64,000 nt of DNA from Picochlorum sp. SENEW3 (lineage: Eukaryota): NCBI GenBank assembly GCA_034226945.1, contig CP120456.1, positions 372,001 to 436,000 on the forward strand. The letters are read 5' to 3'. The notes under the pieces are model-generated. The model ran no database searches. It had not been told where the DNA came from and worked only from the letters and a program-made list of their open reading frames with translations. The position numbers and the translations under genes were made by a program. Numbering within the stretch: position 1 is the first letter of the stretch; each line of letters starts with the position of its first letter. This document shows positions 21,560 through 34,049 of this stretch, one piece after another.

Positions 21560-23137
21560 CTACCAGGTGCCCCAGTCATCCGGATCATCTGTAGCCAAGG
21601 CATCCTTCTTCTTGTTCTGATGTGATGCTCCATCATCACCATCCTCCCACCCATCCCACCCAATCAGATCATCATTCTTCTTCTGCTGACTACTACTGCT
21701 TGTTGTCATGGATGATTTCTGCTTCTGCGTTGATGATGTCCGTTGATCACCCCAATCTGCCCAATCATCAGCATCATCATTATCAAAATTCAAAAGGTCT
21801 TGCCCGCCTGCTGCTGCTGATCCTTTTCCCACACCACCACGAGCTTCAGTATGGAGGGATTCTGATGTCTGACGAGTAAATGACGATGGAGGATCACTAT
21901 ACACTGTCGCTGGTTCCTCAAACCCATGCCCAAGAGGAGGTGGGTTGTCCAAACTGGCATATCGACCACCCCCACCACCAACCTTGACACCGTCAGCAAT
22001 CTTCTTACTACCTAAATCAACTTGATACCCCTGCTGCGCAGCAGTCTTTTCAATCGTCGACGCCGCAGAGGCATACGCACTCCGCAACAGCGCCCACCCC
22101 TTGACACCATACTCTTTTGTCCTCTCAGCAACCCCAGCTTCCTGCAACGCATCATTCATCTCATTCGCTTTTGTCTTCGCCACCGACGCCGCATTACTCG
22201 CAAAAACAGATAAATCGCTCAACCCTTTGGTCACCATCCCAGTCACATCATCAAACCCGCCATCATGCCGCCCCGACGCCTGTGAACTCTGTGGTGCCGG
22301 TGTCGACCCAAAACCCACATACTTCCCCCCTTGACTCGGCGGAACCCCTTCAGGCTTCATCGAATTCTCTCTCTGTTTACGAGCAAAGAAATCCTCCTTG
22401 GCAGCAGCCGACCTCTCATACGCATCCAGCGTATACTCGCTGTTACTCTGATGCATTGTCTGAGCCCCAGATGCCTCACCCTCCCACGAATCCCAATCAC
22501 TCGCCCCATGCACAGCCCCTCCAAAACTCTTATTCTTCTTACCCACATGCCTCGATGCCGACGACCCCCTCCCCTTTGCAGCTGCAGAAGAAGGTGCAGG
22601 AGGTGTATACTCCCTCCCTTCCACTTCAGCCTTGAGCTTCTCCCTATAAAACTCCGCAGCAGGACTATTATACTTATCTCGCACATCCGTATGCTTCTGC
22701 ACACCGTACTTGGCAAAGAATGTATTCATCACAGAATTCCCTCCGTGCTGCATTTTGGCCAACTGATCCTGATTCCACGCGTCCATTGTCACGCTCCTAC
22801 ACACCACAGTCTCTTTTCTCTTGTGTGACTTGCAATATTATTATTACTAGTACTACTGGTACTACTTTTGTTGTGTTAAAGGAAGACGAGAGGGAGATTG
22901 CGCTCTTCTTCCTGTCATAATCGTTAGATTTTTTTTTTCGTTCAGCTGAATGACGCACCTCACAAAGCTTATATGCACCCCAAGACCCCGATGTTTACCA
23001 CTACATTCTAAGCACATGAATATCCCATACGACACAGACGCCCATTGCGGATTCTTCGTCTCACAGTCCACGCAGACCTTGTTTTCTGGCTTTGACTGCA
23101 ATTCACGCAGAATCTTGAGACTCTCGGCACTCGCCAT
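21560..23137 (-). CDS. ADP-ribosylation factor GTPase-activating protein (ArfGAP1/AGD6-7 type); intron 22797-22958
   Basis: [54 protein letters not shown]-terminal WxxW motifs. Confidence 0.95.
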
Positions 23138-23425
23138 GAGTATTTTTTACTCTATTTCTTTCTGACATGAGTAGCATCTACTGGCAGCAGTTTCTGGTGG
23201 AACACGAGGAAGGGATGATCTGTGTTGTTTTTAATGTTCTATTTAGGATCACAATCCTGCACCAACAGTCATCATGGTTGCATTCTTTCCATTTGTTCCT
23301 TGCTCGCATCTTCTTTATTTGTTACGCTTCAATGCATGTCAGAAAAAAAGAAACAAGAAGAAGGAAAGGATTGTGGTATCACATAGTAATAATAACAATG
23401 ACAGTGGGACATTGAGTGATTCGAC

Positions 23426-24377
23426 ATGAGCGATTTGTGGGAATACGGAGGTAACACGGACGATAGCGAAACATCGTCGAATAGTTCTGGTACGTTCTTC
23501 ATCACTATTGTCAACAAATGCAATACATACTACTAGTACCACTATAGCGTATTGAACAAGTGGGTTCTGCTGTCTTGGTGACATTCTCAACTCTCGACGT
23601 GATCCATATGCAATTTTGTTACTACTGTATATGTATGTACCCATGTACGTGTTTATTCTTGATGCACATTCATTGGCTGTAGATGGAGCGGTGGGTGGTG
23701 CTGGTTTGGAATCATATATTGCGCCAGAGAAATTAAAACGGATGCAGACGTATTTTACAGCGACAGGGGGGGCATGTGGTCCTTCTGGGTCGAGGGGGTT
23801 GGGGAGGAAGCGGGAGTTGGCAGAGGTGGTGAATGAGTTTGAAGAGGATGAAGAGGAGGAGCGGGGGTGGGCTGCTGGGTTTGGGGCAGGGGGTGGTGAT
23901 GATGAGCTTGGGAGTATACCAGCGTATGCGGATGTGGTTGATGAGGAGGCTGCCAAGGCGCAGCATGTGCTGCAGAATTGTTTGCGTGGAGGCCATGAGG
24001 AGGAGGAAGAGGAGGATGAAGAGGATGAATATAGTGATATAGAGGATGATGATGCTATATTGTATACGGGGGGGACGACGAGTGGGGGTGTGCAGCAAGG
24101 GAATGGGGTGGTGGATGATGCGAGTATACGGTCGATACGGTTGCATCTGATTGATGCAGACAAGCATGAATTTTATGTGAATGCGGTTGTGGAGTCGACG
24201 TTTGAATATCCGTTTTCGAAATTTGAAGAGCATGCGAAGCAAGAGGGGTGGTTGCAGGAGACACAGGGTGTCAAGTATGTATTGGAGGGGGATCCGATTG
24301 ACCCAGCAATGAATACGCCACATGACTTTGACTTGGAGGATGGTGACATTATAGAAGTATATTATTATACCCGATGA
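23426..24377 (+). CDS. acidic protein with C-terminal SUMO-like domain (Rad60/Esc2/NIP45-like); exons 23426-23489, 23683-24377
   Basis: Beta-grasp C-terminus VKYVLEGDPI...TPHDFDLEDGDIIEV with no terminal diglycine; acidic tracts; phase-consistent intron. Confidence 0.75.
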
Positions 24378-24454
24378 AACAATTTGACATGTAAACGTAT
24401 ATATACTCGACGTGGTTTTTTATTTCCTGTACAAGTCACAGCATCATGATGCGC

Positions 24455-25294
24455 TCACCACGGAAAGGAAGCAGAAGTGGATAGATCAATAATGGCGTCG
24501 CCAGAGCAAAACATGCATGGCACGGTCCCACCTCCATCACACACGTCGCATGATTTGGTAACAGCATGTTGTCTCGATTGAATAAGCGATTGCAGCTCTG
24601 ATTTCTGCAACCACCCAGCAGCCCAAAGCTCTCTGCATTTCAACATACTGATGGGACACCAGAGTTTGACTTGGTCATCACATGTTGCCACTAGCAACAC
24701 ATACACTGTCTTTTTCTTCTTATTTTTCTTTTGAGCATCTTTTTCTGGTGTAACAAAGAGATTCATCGTCTGGGTGACATGAAAATGCCGCCATCCACAT
24801 GTCCGCTCCATGGCAGTCCATTTGCTGTGAAGTATTCGATTCACAACGACTGGGTTCATTCGTGCACTATGATACAATGAAGAGGAGTCATTCCTATCCT
24901 CAATCACACCAGATCCACCGCACTGTCGGCATGCTATGCGCTTTGACGAGTCGCAGTATGCGCATCGTCCAGGTCCTCGTCGTCGTTGGAGAGGAATGGC
25001 AAACGACGACCCTCTCGTCTCTGCTGTGCGTACCAATGACGCATTCTGCTTTGTCTTCTTCGCAGTTGATGAAACATACGCGGCATTCACATCATCATTA
25101 CTACTTTTTTCTTCTTCTTCTACGTGTTTCTCTGTATACTGGTGATGATGATGGTGATCAGAAGAAGAAGAAGAGCACAAAACATGGAGGGGGACATGTG
25201 GCTGGTGAGTTTGCTTGTGACAAGGAGGAGGACGAGGAGCAACACCATGCCATGGTGTCACTACCATGCGCATTGTGTCATGTTTACCATGCAT
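24455..25294 (-). CDS. DnaJ-type zinc-finger protein with inserted Trp-rich DUF2389 (TIGR02450-like) domain, probably plastid-targeted
   Basis: CAYC, CRQCGGSG ... CDVCDGGG, CMFCSG flanking SKWTAM..GWRHFHV...LWAAGWLQ. Confidence 0.75.
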   Translation of the reverse strand: MHGKHDTMRMVVTPWHGVAPRPPPCHKQTHQPHVPLHVLCSSSSSDHHHHHQYTEKHVEEEEKSSNDDVNAAYVSSTAKKTKQNASLVRTAETRGSSFAIPLQRRRGPGRCAYCDSSKRIACRQCGGSGVIEDRNDSSSLYHSARMNPVVVNRILHSKWTAMERTCGWRHFHVTQTMNLFVTPEKDAQKKNKKKKTVYVLLVATCDDQVKLWCPISMLKCRELWAAGWLQKSELQSLIQSRQHAVTKSCDVCDGGGTVPCMFCSGDAIIDLSTSASFPW

Positions 25295-25891
25295 TCATTC
25301 ATTATAGTGTGAATGGAGTTAGCGAAAGCTAGACTGAATGATGATTGGTGCACGTCGAAGACCCACATCTTTTTAAATAATACATGATGCATCGATCAAA
25401 TGCTCTGCTCGACCGAGAGAACTGCCTCGATACATGTGTTATATGATCCGGTCAGAGGGTTTGTTTGACCGGATCATGTGATGTTGCCCTCAGGGTTTCA
25501 CGTGGATAAGCCTATCCATCGTGGATAAAGTTGAGCATCATCAATAGTCCCTTGAGTCGTATAAAGCCCAGGGATACCGTATTTTTAAACCGGGATATAT
25601 TCTAAACCGGTTTCAGACGACGGTGTCTCGTTCTTTCTAGTTGACAGTGTCTGTTGTCGACGAGATTTCCAGTATAATTGAGTTAACCAAGGAACTCGTC
25701 GATCGCGCGTCTTGTCGCTGATATAGTATATCTAAGCAACTAAAGTATTACGATATACTCTATATTTGGAGAGAACTGATCATTTTCACTGTGTCTAGCG
25801 TCAGTCAACACGTCGACGTGGGGCAAGACCCAGTCTCTGGAAGGAACGAGAGCAGTATATATACTACCACTATTGCCAAGGGCCATGGTCC

Positions 25892-26731
25892 ATGCGTGTG
25901 GATATGGTTGCGACGACAACGAATAAAGGTGTCAGTAATGGAGGTATCAGTACAAGGAAGCAGAAACGACAGGGTATAGGTGAAGAGAGCAGTATGGCAC
26001 AGCAGAATACTGCAGACAATGATGCGAATAATAATGTCAATAGTACGCGTGGAGAAGAAGGAGGAGAGGGCGAAGCGAAATCGTCTGTATCAACAGAGGA
26101 TATTCAGCTGGTTCAGAATTTGATAGAAAAGTGCCTGCAGCTGTATCTAACAAAGGATGAGGTGGTGTCAGTCCTGCGTGAACAGGCAACTATTGACCCA
26201 GAGTTTACGCAGTTGATTTGGTCCAAGTTAGAGGAGCAGAATCCGGATTTCTTCAAGTGTTATTACACGAGGTTGAAACTGAAAGCTCAGATAGTCATGT
26301 TTAACCATTTATTAGAGCAGCAGGTACAGGTGATACAAAAGATGCAGCGAGGGTGGCAGGGAAATAATGGAAGTTCAACGGCGTCTGGGATTCCATTGTT
26401 TTGTCAAACTGGTGGACCTGGGGCGAGGATGCATTCAAATGCAGGCCAAGTTGGGATGGATGATCCACGAGGATCAGCCATGATGCCACATCATAGTATG
26501 TATCGGCAAGATGGTGCCACCCCAGAGAGGGATTTGAACATTTTTTCCGCTGAAACTGGCGGTTCTAGTCCGTTGAGTCATTTCAATGGTATTGACAATG
26601 ATATAGGTGATTTTGGAGGTATGCTGCCCTCGTCAGGCGAGCAGCGTGGGATGGGTTTGCCTCGGAATATATCCATGTCTGATTTGGATTTTGGCGACGG
26701 CAAATCCCCTTTGAATGATCATGGGACATAG
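25892..26731 (+). CDS. A_thal_3526 (TIGR01589) family plant protein
   Basis: DIQLVQNLIEKCLQLYL...WSKLEEQNPDFFKCYYTRLKLKAQI..FNHLLEQQ. Confidence 0.9.
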   Translation: MRVDMVATTTNKGVSNGGISTRKQKRQGIGEESSMAQQNTADNDANNNVNSTRGEEGGEGEAKSSVSTEDIQLVQNLIEKCLQLYLTKDEVVSVLREQATIDPEFTQLIWSKLEEQNPDFFKCYYTRLKLKAQIVMFNHLLEQQVQVIQKMQRGWQGNNGSSTASGIPLFCQTGGPGARMHSNAGQVGMDDPRGSAMMPHHSMYRQDGATPERDLNIFSAETGGSSPLSHFNGIDNDIGDFGGMLPSSGEQRGMGLPRNISMSDLDFGDGKSPLNDHGT

Positions 26732-26789
26732 AACAAGATTTGATATCAACAATAACTACTGCTTATTTATTATTATTAGTATTTTAATG

Positions 26790-27805
26790 TTATCTAAATG
26801 GTGATTTGCCCTCTCCCCACACATCTCTTCGGTGCAGTGTAGGGCGATTTTCTTCGTCAATGTACAGCAATTCTTGGCATGTATTCGAGCTATTTGAGTT
26901 GAAACTTATTCCGTTATCCCATCGTGTCCACTCTGATCCTGATCCACCTACGTGACAGTCGAATTCTCTGTGGTTTGCTGGTCCATTCCTGGTGAGGCCG
27001 TTCAACTCCTTCTCGCTAGGTACTTGCAGCACCCTGTTGGATCCAGATTGCCATGCTACGATTGCCATTTTCCGTGTAATCTTTTGAACATCCGGTGGAG
27101 ACGTGTCCGGGTGTGACCTATAGGTATAATCAACTGTGCCTTCTGCATTTGCATTCACCTGCTGTGTCCAGTCTTGCTCTTCCAAAATGACATACTTGTA
27201 CTCAACCTTTGACCCTGCTGGCAACTCTACTTCAACAGCCCAGATATCATCGGGCTCCCAGCACATTGGAACCTTGGCAATGGACAGAAATGACCATCCA
27301 AAAGGAATGGCTGACCCACCAACACACAACATTTGTCTGCTGTGTACTCTATACGCCACTGTTAAGCGAACACGTACTAGGGGAGGTGTTCGTTTTAATG
27401 CTGATGTGGATCTGCATAGGAAATATACAATCGGTGAGCATCAGCTCGGTCTAGACTCGGGTTGATTGCAAAGACTCGAGCCATTGATCGTTGAGAATTG
27501 CTCTTAGGAGGCTAGATGGCATACAGAGTTGCATCATACCTGACTGGGAATTTAATAAACGATCCAGCGCTCGCCAACCCTCTCAAAAAGTCTCGATCCG
27601 GTTGTCCACCCTCTGACATGAAAAGTGGGCCAGGAATTGCCTCATTTCTTACAACCAGCCCTTGAGATTGCCGTTTTGTACGTTTCTTATGATCTATTGA
27701 ATAAGATATGATTGATCCATGGAAAGATGTCTTCAGGTTTGGGTGCTCCTGATAGTTGGCAGACCGTGCCTTTGGCGAGGCTGAAAGGCACGCTATTCCA
27801 ACCAT
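26790..27805 (-). CDS. CBM20 starch-binding domain protein, probably plastid; exons 27540-27805, 26790-27411
   Basis: VRVRLTV, LCVGGS..FGWS, PMCW...IWAVEVELPAGSKVEYKYVI, WQSGSNR; transit-like exon 1. Confidence 0.82.
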
Positions 27806-27982
27806 ACGGGCGAAGCAACAGAATCAATATTTCAATAATAGTTATTGATAATAACTTAATGGATCGGTGGGGGGAAAGGGTGCATGGTGGCGCGAGTCGG
27901 ACGAGTACGGAATTCAGATGTTGCCATCTCCAATGTGTTACAGGTGGGCTTACGGCGCAGTACTGCAGTACGGATGTTGATC

Positions 27983-30900
27983 CTACTTTGATTTGCGCTG
28001 TTCGTCCATCCACTGGAGAATTCTATTCTTGAGATCAGGGAGTTCCTCGAGATCATCTTCGGTCATCATTTCTCTGCTGAAGGGGTCTCGATTATCTGTC
28101 AAGAGATGCTGAAGGATTGTTGTTCGATCCAAAATTTGACCTGATGGGAGCTTGACTGGATCCTTCATAATTCTACAGGAGAGAGGATCTTCGAATTCCT
28201 CTGGCGCATCTTCAAAGTTTTCATCATCTGCTGCACTTGCCTTGACAGCCTCTGCGGCCTGTATGCGGAGTTGGTCAATGCTTTGTACAATATCACTGGG
28301 AGCCCCAAGAGAGGATAAGATGCTGATGAGATGCTCAAAGATGCTTGGATCTGATCCATAGTAGTCAGTATCTGCAGCAACAGCCTGGGCCCATTCCTCG
28401 TTGTTCGCCTTGAATAAATTTGCATGGATGCGGGCCAGGCTGGAAAGCAGTTCCCGGGGCTTCCACCCATATTTTTCCGGATTCTTCAATTTTAATCGCT
28501 TTCTTTCTGTTGGAAGTGTCATATATCTGAGGAAGAAATCTAAAATCCTCGCCTGGCGATCGCGAACTTGGAGATCAAAGAAGCGTGCACAGATTTGGGG
28601 GTCATCTGATGTAATCTCCATGAGCTTCAGATACACCGATGACAAACCAAAGTCGCTCAGGAGATGCCTTCGATGACTATCTAAATTGCTAGTGAGCTCA
28701 TCTCGAGTACTATTCGGCAGAGCATGCCATGTCTGCTCATCTGCCATTTGCATTTCAATATCCCTGACTTCTGGGAGTGCTTCCAAAGCCTCTTGCAAGA
28801 GATGCTGGCTGTCATTGATCATCATGTTGACAAATCGAACATATAGTTTTGGATCATTTTGGACCACTCGTGTCCATGCTTGTCTATGGCCTGGATGGTC
28901 CCACAAATAAATCATCACCTCTCCAATTTGGTAGCGGGTATTGAACTTTTCATAAAAGGCATTGTGTCGGTCTGTTCGTTCGATTTCGACAAACAACAAG
29001 ACGAGAGCTTTTACCAAGTTTTCAACAACCAGTGGGTGTGCGTTGATCATCGCTGCTACTTCCTGTGAAGCTTGTGGAGTAAATCTTCTGCTTGACCAAG
29101 GGTGTGCATCATCCCTGTCTTCATCATGAGGCATGTATGAGGAGAGCGTCTCGACCATCTTCCCACGCAAATATGGATTTTTCACATAATCATTGCTCCC
29201 CAAGAAAAATGCAAAGAATAACATGAACTGTTCCACAAGATTGGGCGTGAGCAGTTGAGTCCCAACGTGTCCAATCCATGTCAAACCCATGCAAAGGTTC
29301 TCCACCAGGTATTCCTGCAAAAATTCATCGTATGGTGATACACGCATCTATAAATCTCTTGATTGAATCAAAAATATTTCGTACCGGTAAAGAGAGGAAT
29401 TCCTTTGGAGCTGGTGATGGTAGTGGCAGGGAAAGATGCTCCCCAGTTGCTGACATGCCAAATGCGAGTTTGGGCAGATATGAAGACAATAGACCATAAT
29501 ATGCCACAAAGTCGTCCAGAAACTCTCTCTGTTGCATGCTAACTTCAAAGCACATCGCCATACTTCTCAATCGAGACGATACCTTTCTGAGAGAATCCAC
29601 ACGCATGGACATGAATGGATCAGATGGTGCCATGGAGGCCTCGCGATCATACTCACGGGCAGCACGGACAAGCTGTTGACAATTCTCCAGAGCTTTGAAG
29701 ATACTTAGCCTTAAAGCATTCCCTGTTAAGAAGAAACATTCGCAGATGAAGTGATAGGCACAGTCCTCATTCAATATGTGCTCTTGAGTCCACTGTTGAA
29801 GCTCTTCATGAGTGAGCCCCAACCTGGTGTCATCATCAGAAGCACATCCCCTTGCACGAGAATCAGACAGGTACCGCACATCTAACTTGGACCATGCCTT
29901 CCCGGTAGAAGGATCTAGGAATGGTCTACAAAGACGCAACAAAACTGCGGAAACATTAAGCATAAAGCCATCTGTCGATGCCTTCTTCATGTCTGGTCTC
30001 ATTTTTGTCCGCTCCTTGTTCACTGACAGAACTGCTGCGAACCAATCCAATACGCGAGTTTTTGCGTCTTGATTCTTTAACAAAGTCATAATTATTCTGT
30101 GCAACAAAGCGTGTGCCTGATCCAGCGACGTTTGGATTGTCGTGGCAGCAGTTCGAATATCTGCCTTCCTGCCAGCATCTCCTCCAGGGAAGCATTTCTC
30201 TGCAACGTCCGGAGACCTACCATTGTCACTAGCAGACAATGGATTCTCCATAATATCTGGTATACTCGATATTCCAAATGCAGCCCCTAATATTGTTTTA
30301 TTTTCTATAAATCTTCCGTCAACGTCACTCAACGCATCACTCCCAGGCAAGAATAAAGCAGAGTTGCACACATGTGCCGCGACCACCTTATTGGCCATAA
30401 TATTCATCAATGCAGACAGAGCGGATGAGAAATCGCCCAGGATGCTAATTTTAGACATCACATTGATCAAGCACCCCCCAATCTGCTCGATAAGGTCTCC
30501 TATATTCTCATCTTCAAACCGAGACACATAGTCTGGCAAGAACTCTGGGTGAATGACTTCCACCTTTGTACTATTCCTCACCTCTTCAGGAATCAAACTC
30601 CCAAAAACACCACTATATGGATCTCCAGATTGCACCAGGTAGGAATCGACAATCTGCCCGCCTCCTCGGAGCTCAGCTTGCTCTGGCTGTGGGAACATGC
30701 TCATCTGCAACATAAACCCCACATATGAAACAGACAACTGCCTTGACAGTGCCAATGCCTCTACCGCATCATTTTTCTCTGCATCAGGCAATGTAGGATC
30801 ACTCTGAACTTTGGAATACAGATCCATTGACCGACGATGGCATCCAATCAGATACTGAACAGGCCAGGGAGTCTTGTTTGAAACGCTACCAGCCCCTTCC

Positions 30901-31166
30901 AACAAACGACACATAATTGCCCGTTCAAGTGTACTCTGTTCCAACCTAAGCGCCTCTTTTGATCCATTATTTTCAGATACAAGCTCCTGCGCAGCATAAT
31001 AACGTCAGAAGAAGAAGAACATCCAGCGAAAAGTGTTTCCCCAAATCCGTACCTCCGCTAAGGATTTTAAGAAGGTGTATGGCTGCCCATCCTCGTTATA
31101 TGACTGATTTGTTTCATCCAGAGTAAAATGGAATGTTTGTTCGAGTATACGGTTCGTTGACGACAT
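27983..31166 (-). CDS. UFD2: U-box ubiquitin conjugation factor E4 (UFD2/UBE4), three exons
   Basis: STDGFMLN, YHFICECFFLT, KNPYLRGK, FYEKFNTRY, LKNPEKYGW, U-box PEEFEDPL..IMKDPVKLPSG..DPFSR; introns near 30990-31050 and 29315-29385. Confidence 0.95.
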
Positions 31167-31325
31167 GGTTTGTCCTTTTTCAAACAAAAAAGCCACTGAT
31201 TCCTGTTTTGAAACTCTGAATCGCTCTAATAAGTCTTGTTTATGAGATATGGACCATATTTAATACGTATATTTACCCAATAAATAAAATTAAAGTGGGA
31301 ATGCCTGTATCTGGTCCAATTAGTA

Positions 31326-33837
31326 TTAGACCAGATCAATGCCATGCTCCATGGGAAGACCAGCAGAGGAGCCTTGACGAATGACTCGACCAATCTTCCG
31401 AGCCTGCTCAAAACCAGCCCGCCTCAGGTCTTCCAAGCACTGCTCTGTGTTGGAGGGATCCAGTGTGAGAACCAAACCACCGCTTGTCTGTGGATCCAAG
31501 AGAGCTCCCCAGATGTTTTTCTGCTTGGCTGCATCAATCCCTGAAACACAAGGGGCAGACCTTTCCTCATTCCCTTGTGACAGGGAGCTCGAAATGCCTT
31601 GTTCGAGGCAGTACTCAACACCAGAGAAGAGTGGAATAGATTCGATATCGAGCTGGCATCGTGCATGTGAAGCCTCGCACATTTCTAGAATGTGTCCCAG
31701 CAGGCCAAATCCCGTGATATCTGTACATGCTGTGATGGAGTGCTTTTGGCATGCTGTCCGGGCATTCATGTTGCTAAGACACATTGATTCAATTACTGCA
31801 GTATACCAATGTCCTATTGGAAGTCCAGTGTCTGCAGCTGCAAGAAGAATGCCAGTGCCCAGAGGCTTTGTGAGAATAATGTCATTGCCAGGAACCATCC
31901 CAGACTTTTTCCACATGTATCCATCCTGCACAAGCCCCGTGATGCTAAATCCCATCGACATATCGTTACCTTCACTTGTATGCCCACCAATAAGCTTACA
32001 ATCTGCTTCAGCGAGAGCATCCATGGCACCGCACATCATATGATAGAGTTGCTGCTCCATCTTCTTTGGAAGGGCAAACGGAAGTACTGCAAGGGCAAGT
32101 GCGGATGTTGGCACGCCATTCATCGCATAGATATCGCTCATCGAGTGTATTGCTGATATATAACCAAATATGTATGGGTCCTGCAATGCCGCGGGTGACT
32201 TGAAGAAATCTATTGTCTGCAACAATGTGGTGCCAGCCGGTGGAGGGGAGATTACGGCAGCATCATCACCCCATTCAATCGACACAGATGCCTGCGGCCT
32301 CGTCCTTGCCTCCACCTTTTTCAGAACGGAAGAAAGTATATTTGATCCTATCTTCGATCCACAGCCGCCACAGCGCATGGCAGCTTCTTGCATCAGACTC
32401 TTGTATGCATCATTGTCTGGCATTTCCTTGGGCATGGCGGGAGCCATGGCAGAAGACATGAAATCCAGCCCATCCCCGTATTTGTGCATGAACGTACGGT
32501 CGATATGATCTTTCCATTTCCATAATAACGCAGCATCAAATGCTATGAATTGTTTCACCATGAGAGCATACTGGTCTCCACATGCAATCAAGTTGAGGTG
32601 AGAACTTTGTGGTTGCCATGGGCGGAGGGCCTTGCCTTGAAGCGTCCTCTCAATATTGTCCGCAATGATTGGACCCTGCGCATCGAACAAACAAGGTGAT
32701 ACGGTATACAATAAGGGTAAACATGTTGATAGATGACGCACCGCTCGGACTGCATACACGCCAGCTTTAGGCCTAGGGCTCTTGGCCAATGTCACACAGT
32801 CTCCAGCACCAAATATATTCCCTGGACCATTGCAAGCTAGCAAATATTCGTCTACCAACATATATCCATTGTCATCTAATTCCAGCCCTGTAGTTTTAAA
32901 CCACTCTGGTGCCTTTGCATGCGTGCACCATAAACAGTCATCAAATTGCAACACATGGCCATTGCTCAGCACAAGAGATCCATTATCCACGCGCTCAACC
33001 CCACCATCTATTTCGAAAAGTTGTATATCTCTTTCTTTGAGCAGTCGTAGCATACGTATTCGAGCATTTGGATGAAGAGATGAGAGAATGTGTCCCTTCG
33101 ATACAAGGGTTACATGCATTGTTCGAGAGTCATGCTGATACTCTTGAAGCCTGTATTGCAGAGCACATGCCAACTCAACTCCCCCCGCTCCTCCCCCGAC
33201 AACCACAATGTGGTGTGATGACGTATTTTTTCTTATGCTATCGAATATACGTTGGATTTTTGCGGCAAAAGAGGCAATAGGCTTGACTGGGGTGGCATGC
33301 TCCATAACCCCTGGGACTAAACTCTCTGATGGGGTTATGCCTACATTTACTGACAAGATATCGTACTCCAGCGGCGGTCTGTTACCTTCCAGTAAGACAC
33401 TCTTCTCCGATGTATTTATTCCTACGGCAGACGAAACGATGACTCGGGCATTCGCGTACTTGGCCAATCTACACAGGTCAATGTGGCAATCCTGCAAGCT
33501 GTAAAACCCAGAGACAAATCCAGGAATCATTCCACTGCACGGCATATATGTAATAATCTCACAATGAGCTCAAACTGGATGCAGTCCGACACATGTAGAT
33601 ACGTGACCGTAGCTTACCTATACGGAGCCGAGAGCGTGGGCGTGACAACGGTGAGCCGTACCCCTGGCTGAGGCTTCATACCAAACCGTCGAAGGACTTC
33701 GACATGGCTATGACCTCCGCCGAGTAACACCACATCCTGCAGCAGAATATGCATCCTTAATATTTCGATGATATTAAAATCCATCTCCTGGGCCAAGATC
33801 GCACCTTGTACACAGGCAACGCTGCCATGCTCTTCAT
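31326..33837 (-). CDS. selD: pyridine nucleotide-disulfide oxidoreductase (NDH-like) fused to selenophosphate synthetase; three introns including 32676-32741
   Basis: VLLGGGHSH, YSGMIPG, VVGGGAGG, PKAGVYAVR; SelD half MRCGGCGSK, GDDAAV, QTIDFF, SDIYAM, IGGHT, LTKPLGTG, TDITGFGLLGH, DPQTSGGL. Confidence 0.95.
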
Positions 33838-34049
33838 TGGGTGGTGCACGTGTACCTCGTCTTGTCCTCAGATGGTCTCGTATTCGTCAGACCCTAATAT
33901 TTAGTACTTTAGTTTCGATATGACATCGATTTAATGGCTGACGTGTTTTATTGCTATTGTAATTGGAGAGTTACAGGGCATTCATGAATTTTTTATCACT
34001 TGAGAGATGAATGATCACATGCATGTGATCATTTCCTCGCCGAGTAAAA

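Noticed and set aside
23339..24323. 274-aa and 196-aa minus-strand ORFs
   Set aside because: Antisense shadows of the GAR/GAY-rich SUMO-like gene; low-complexity S/L/H text
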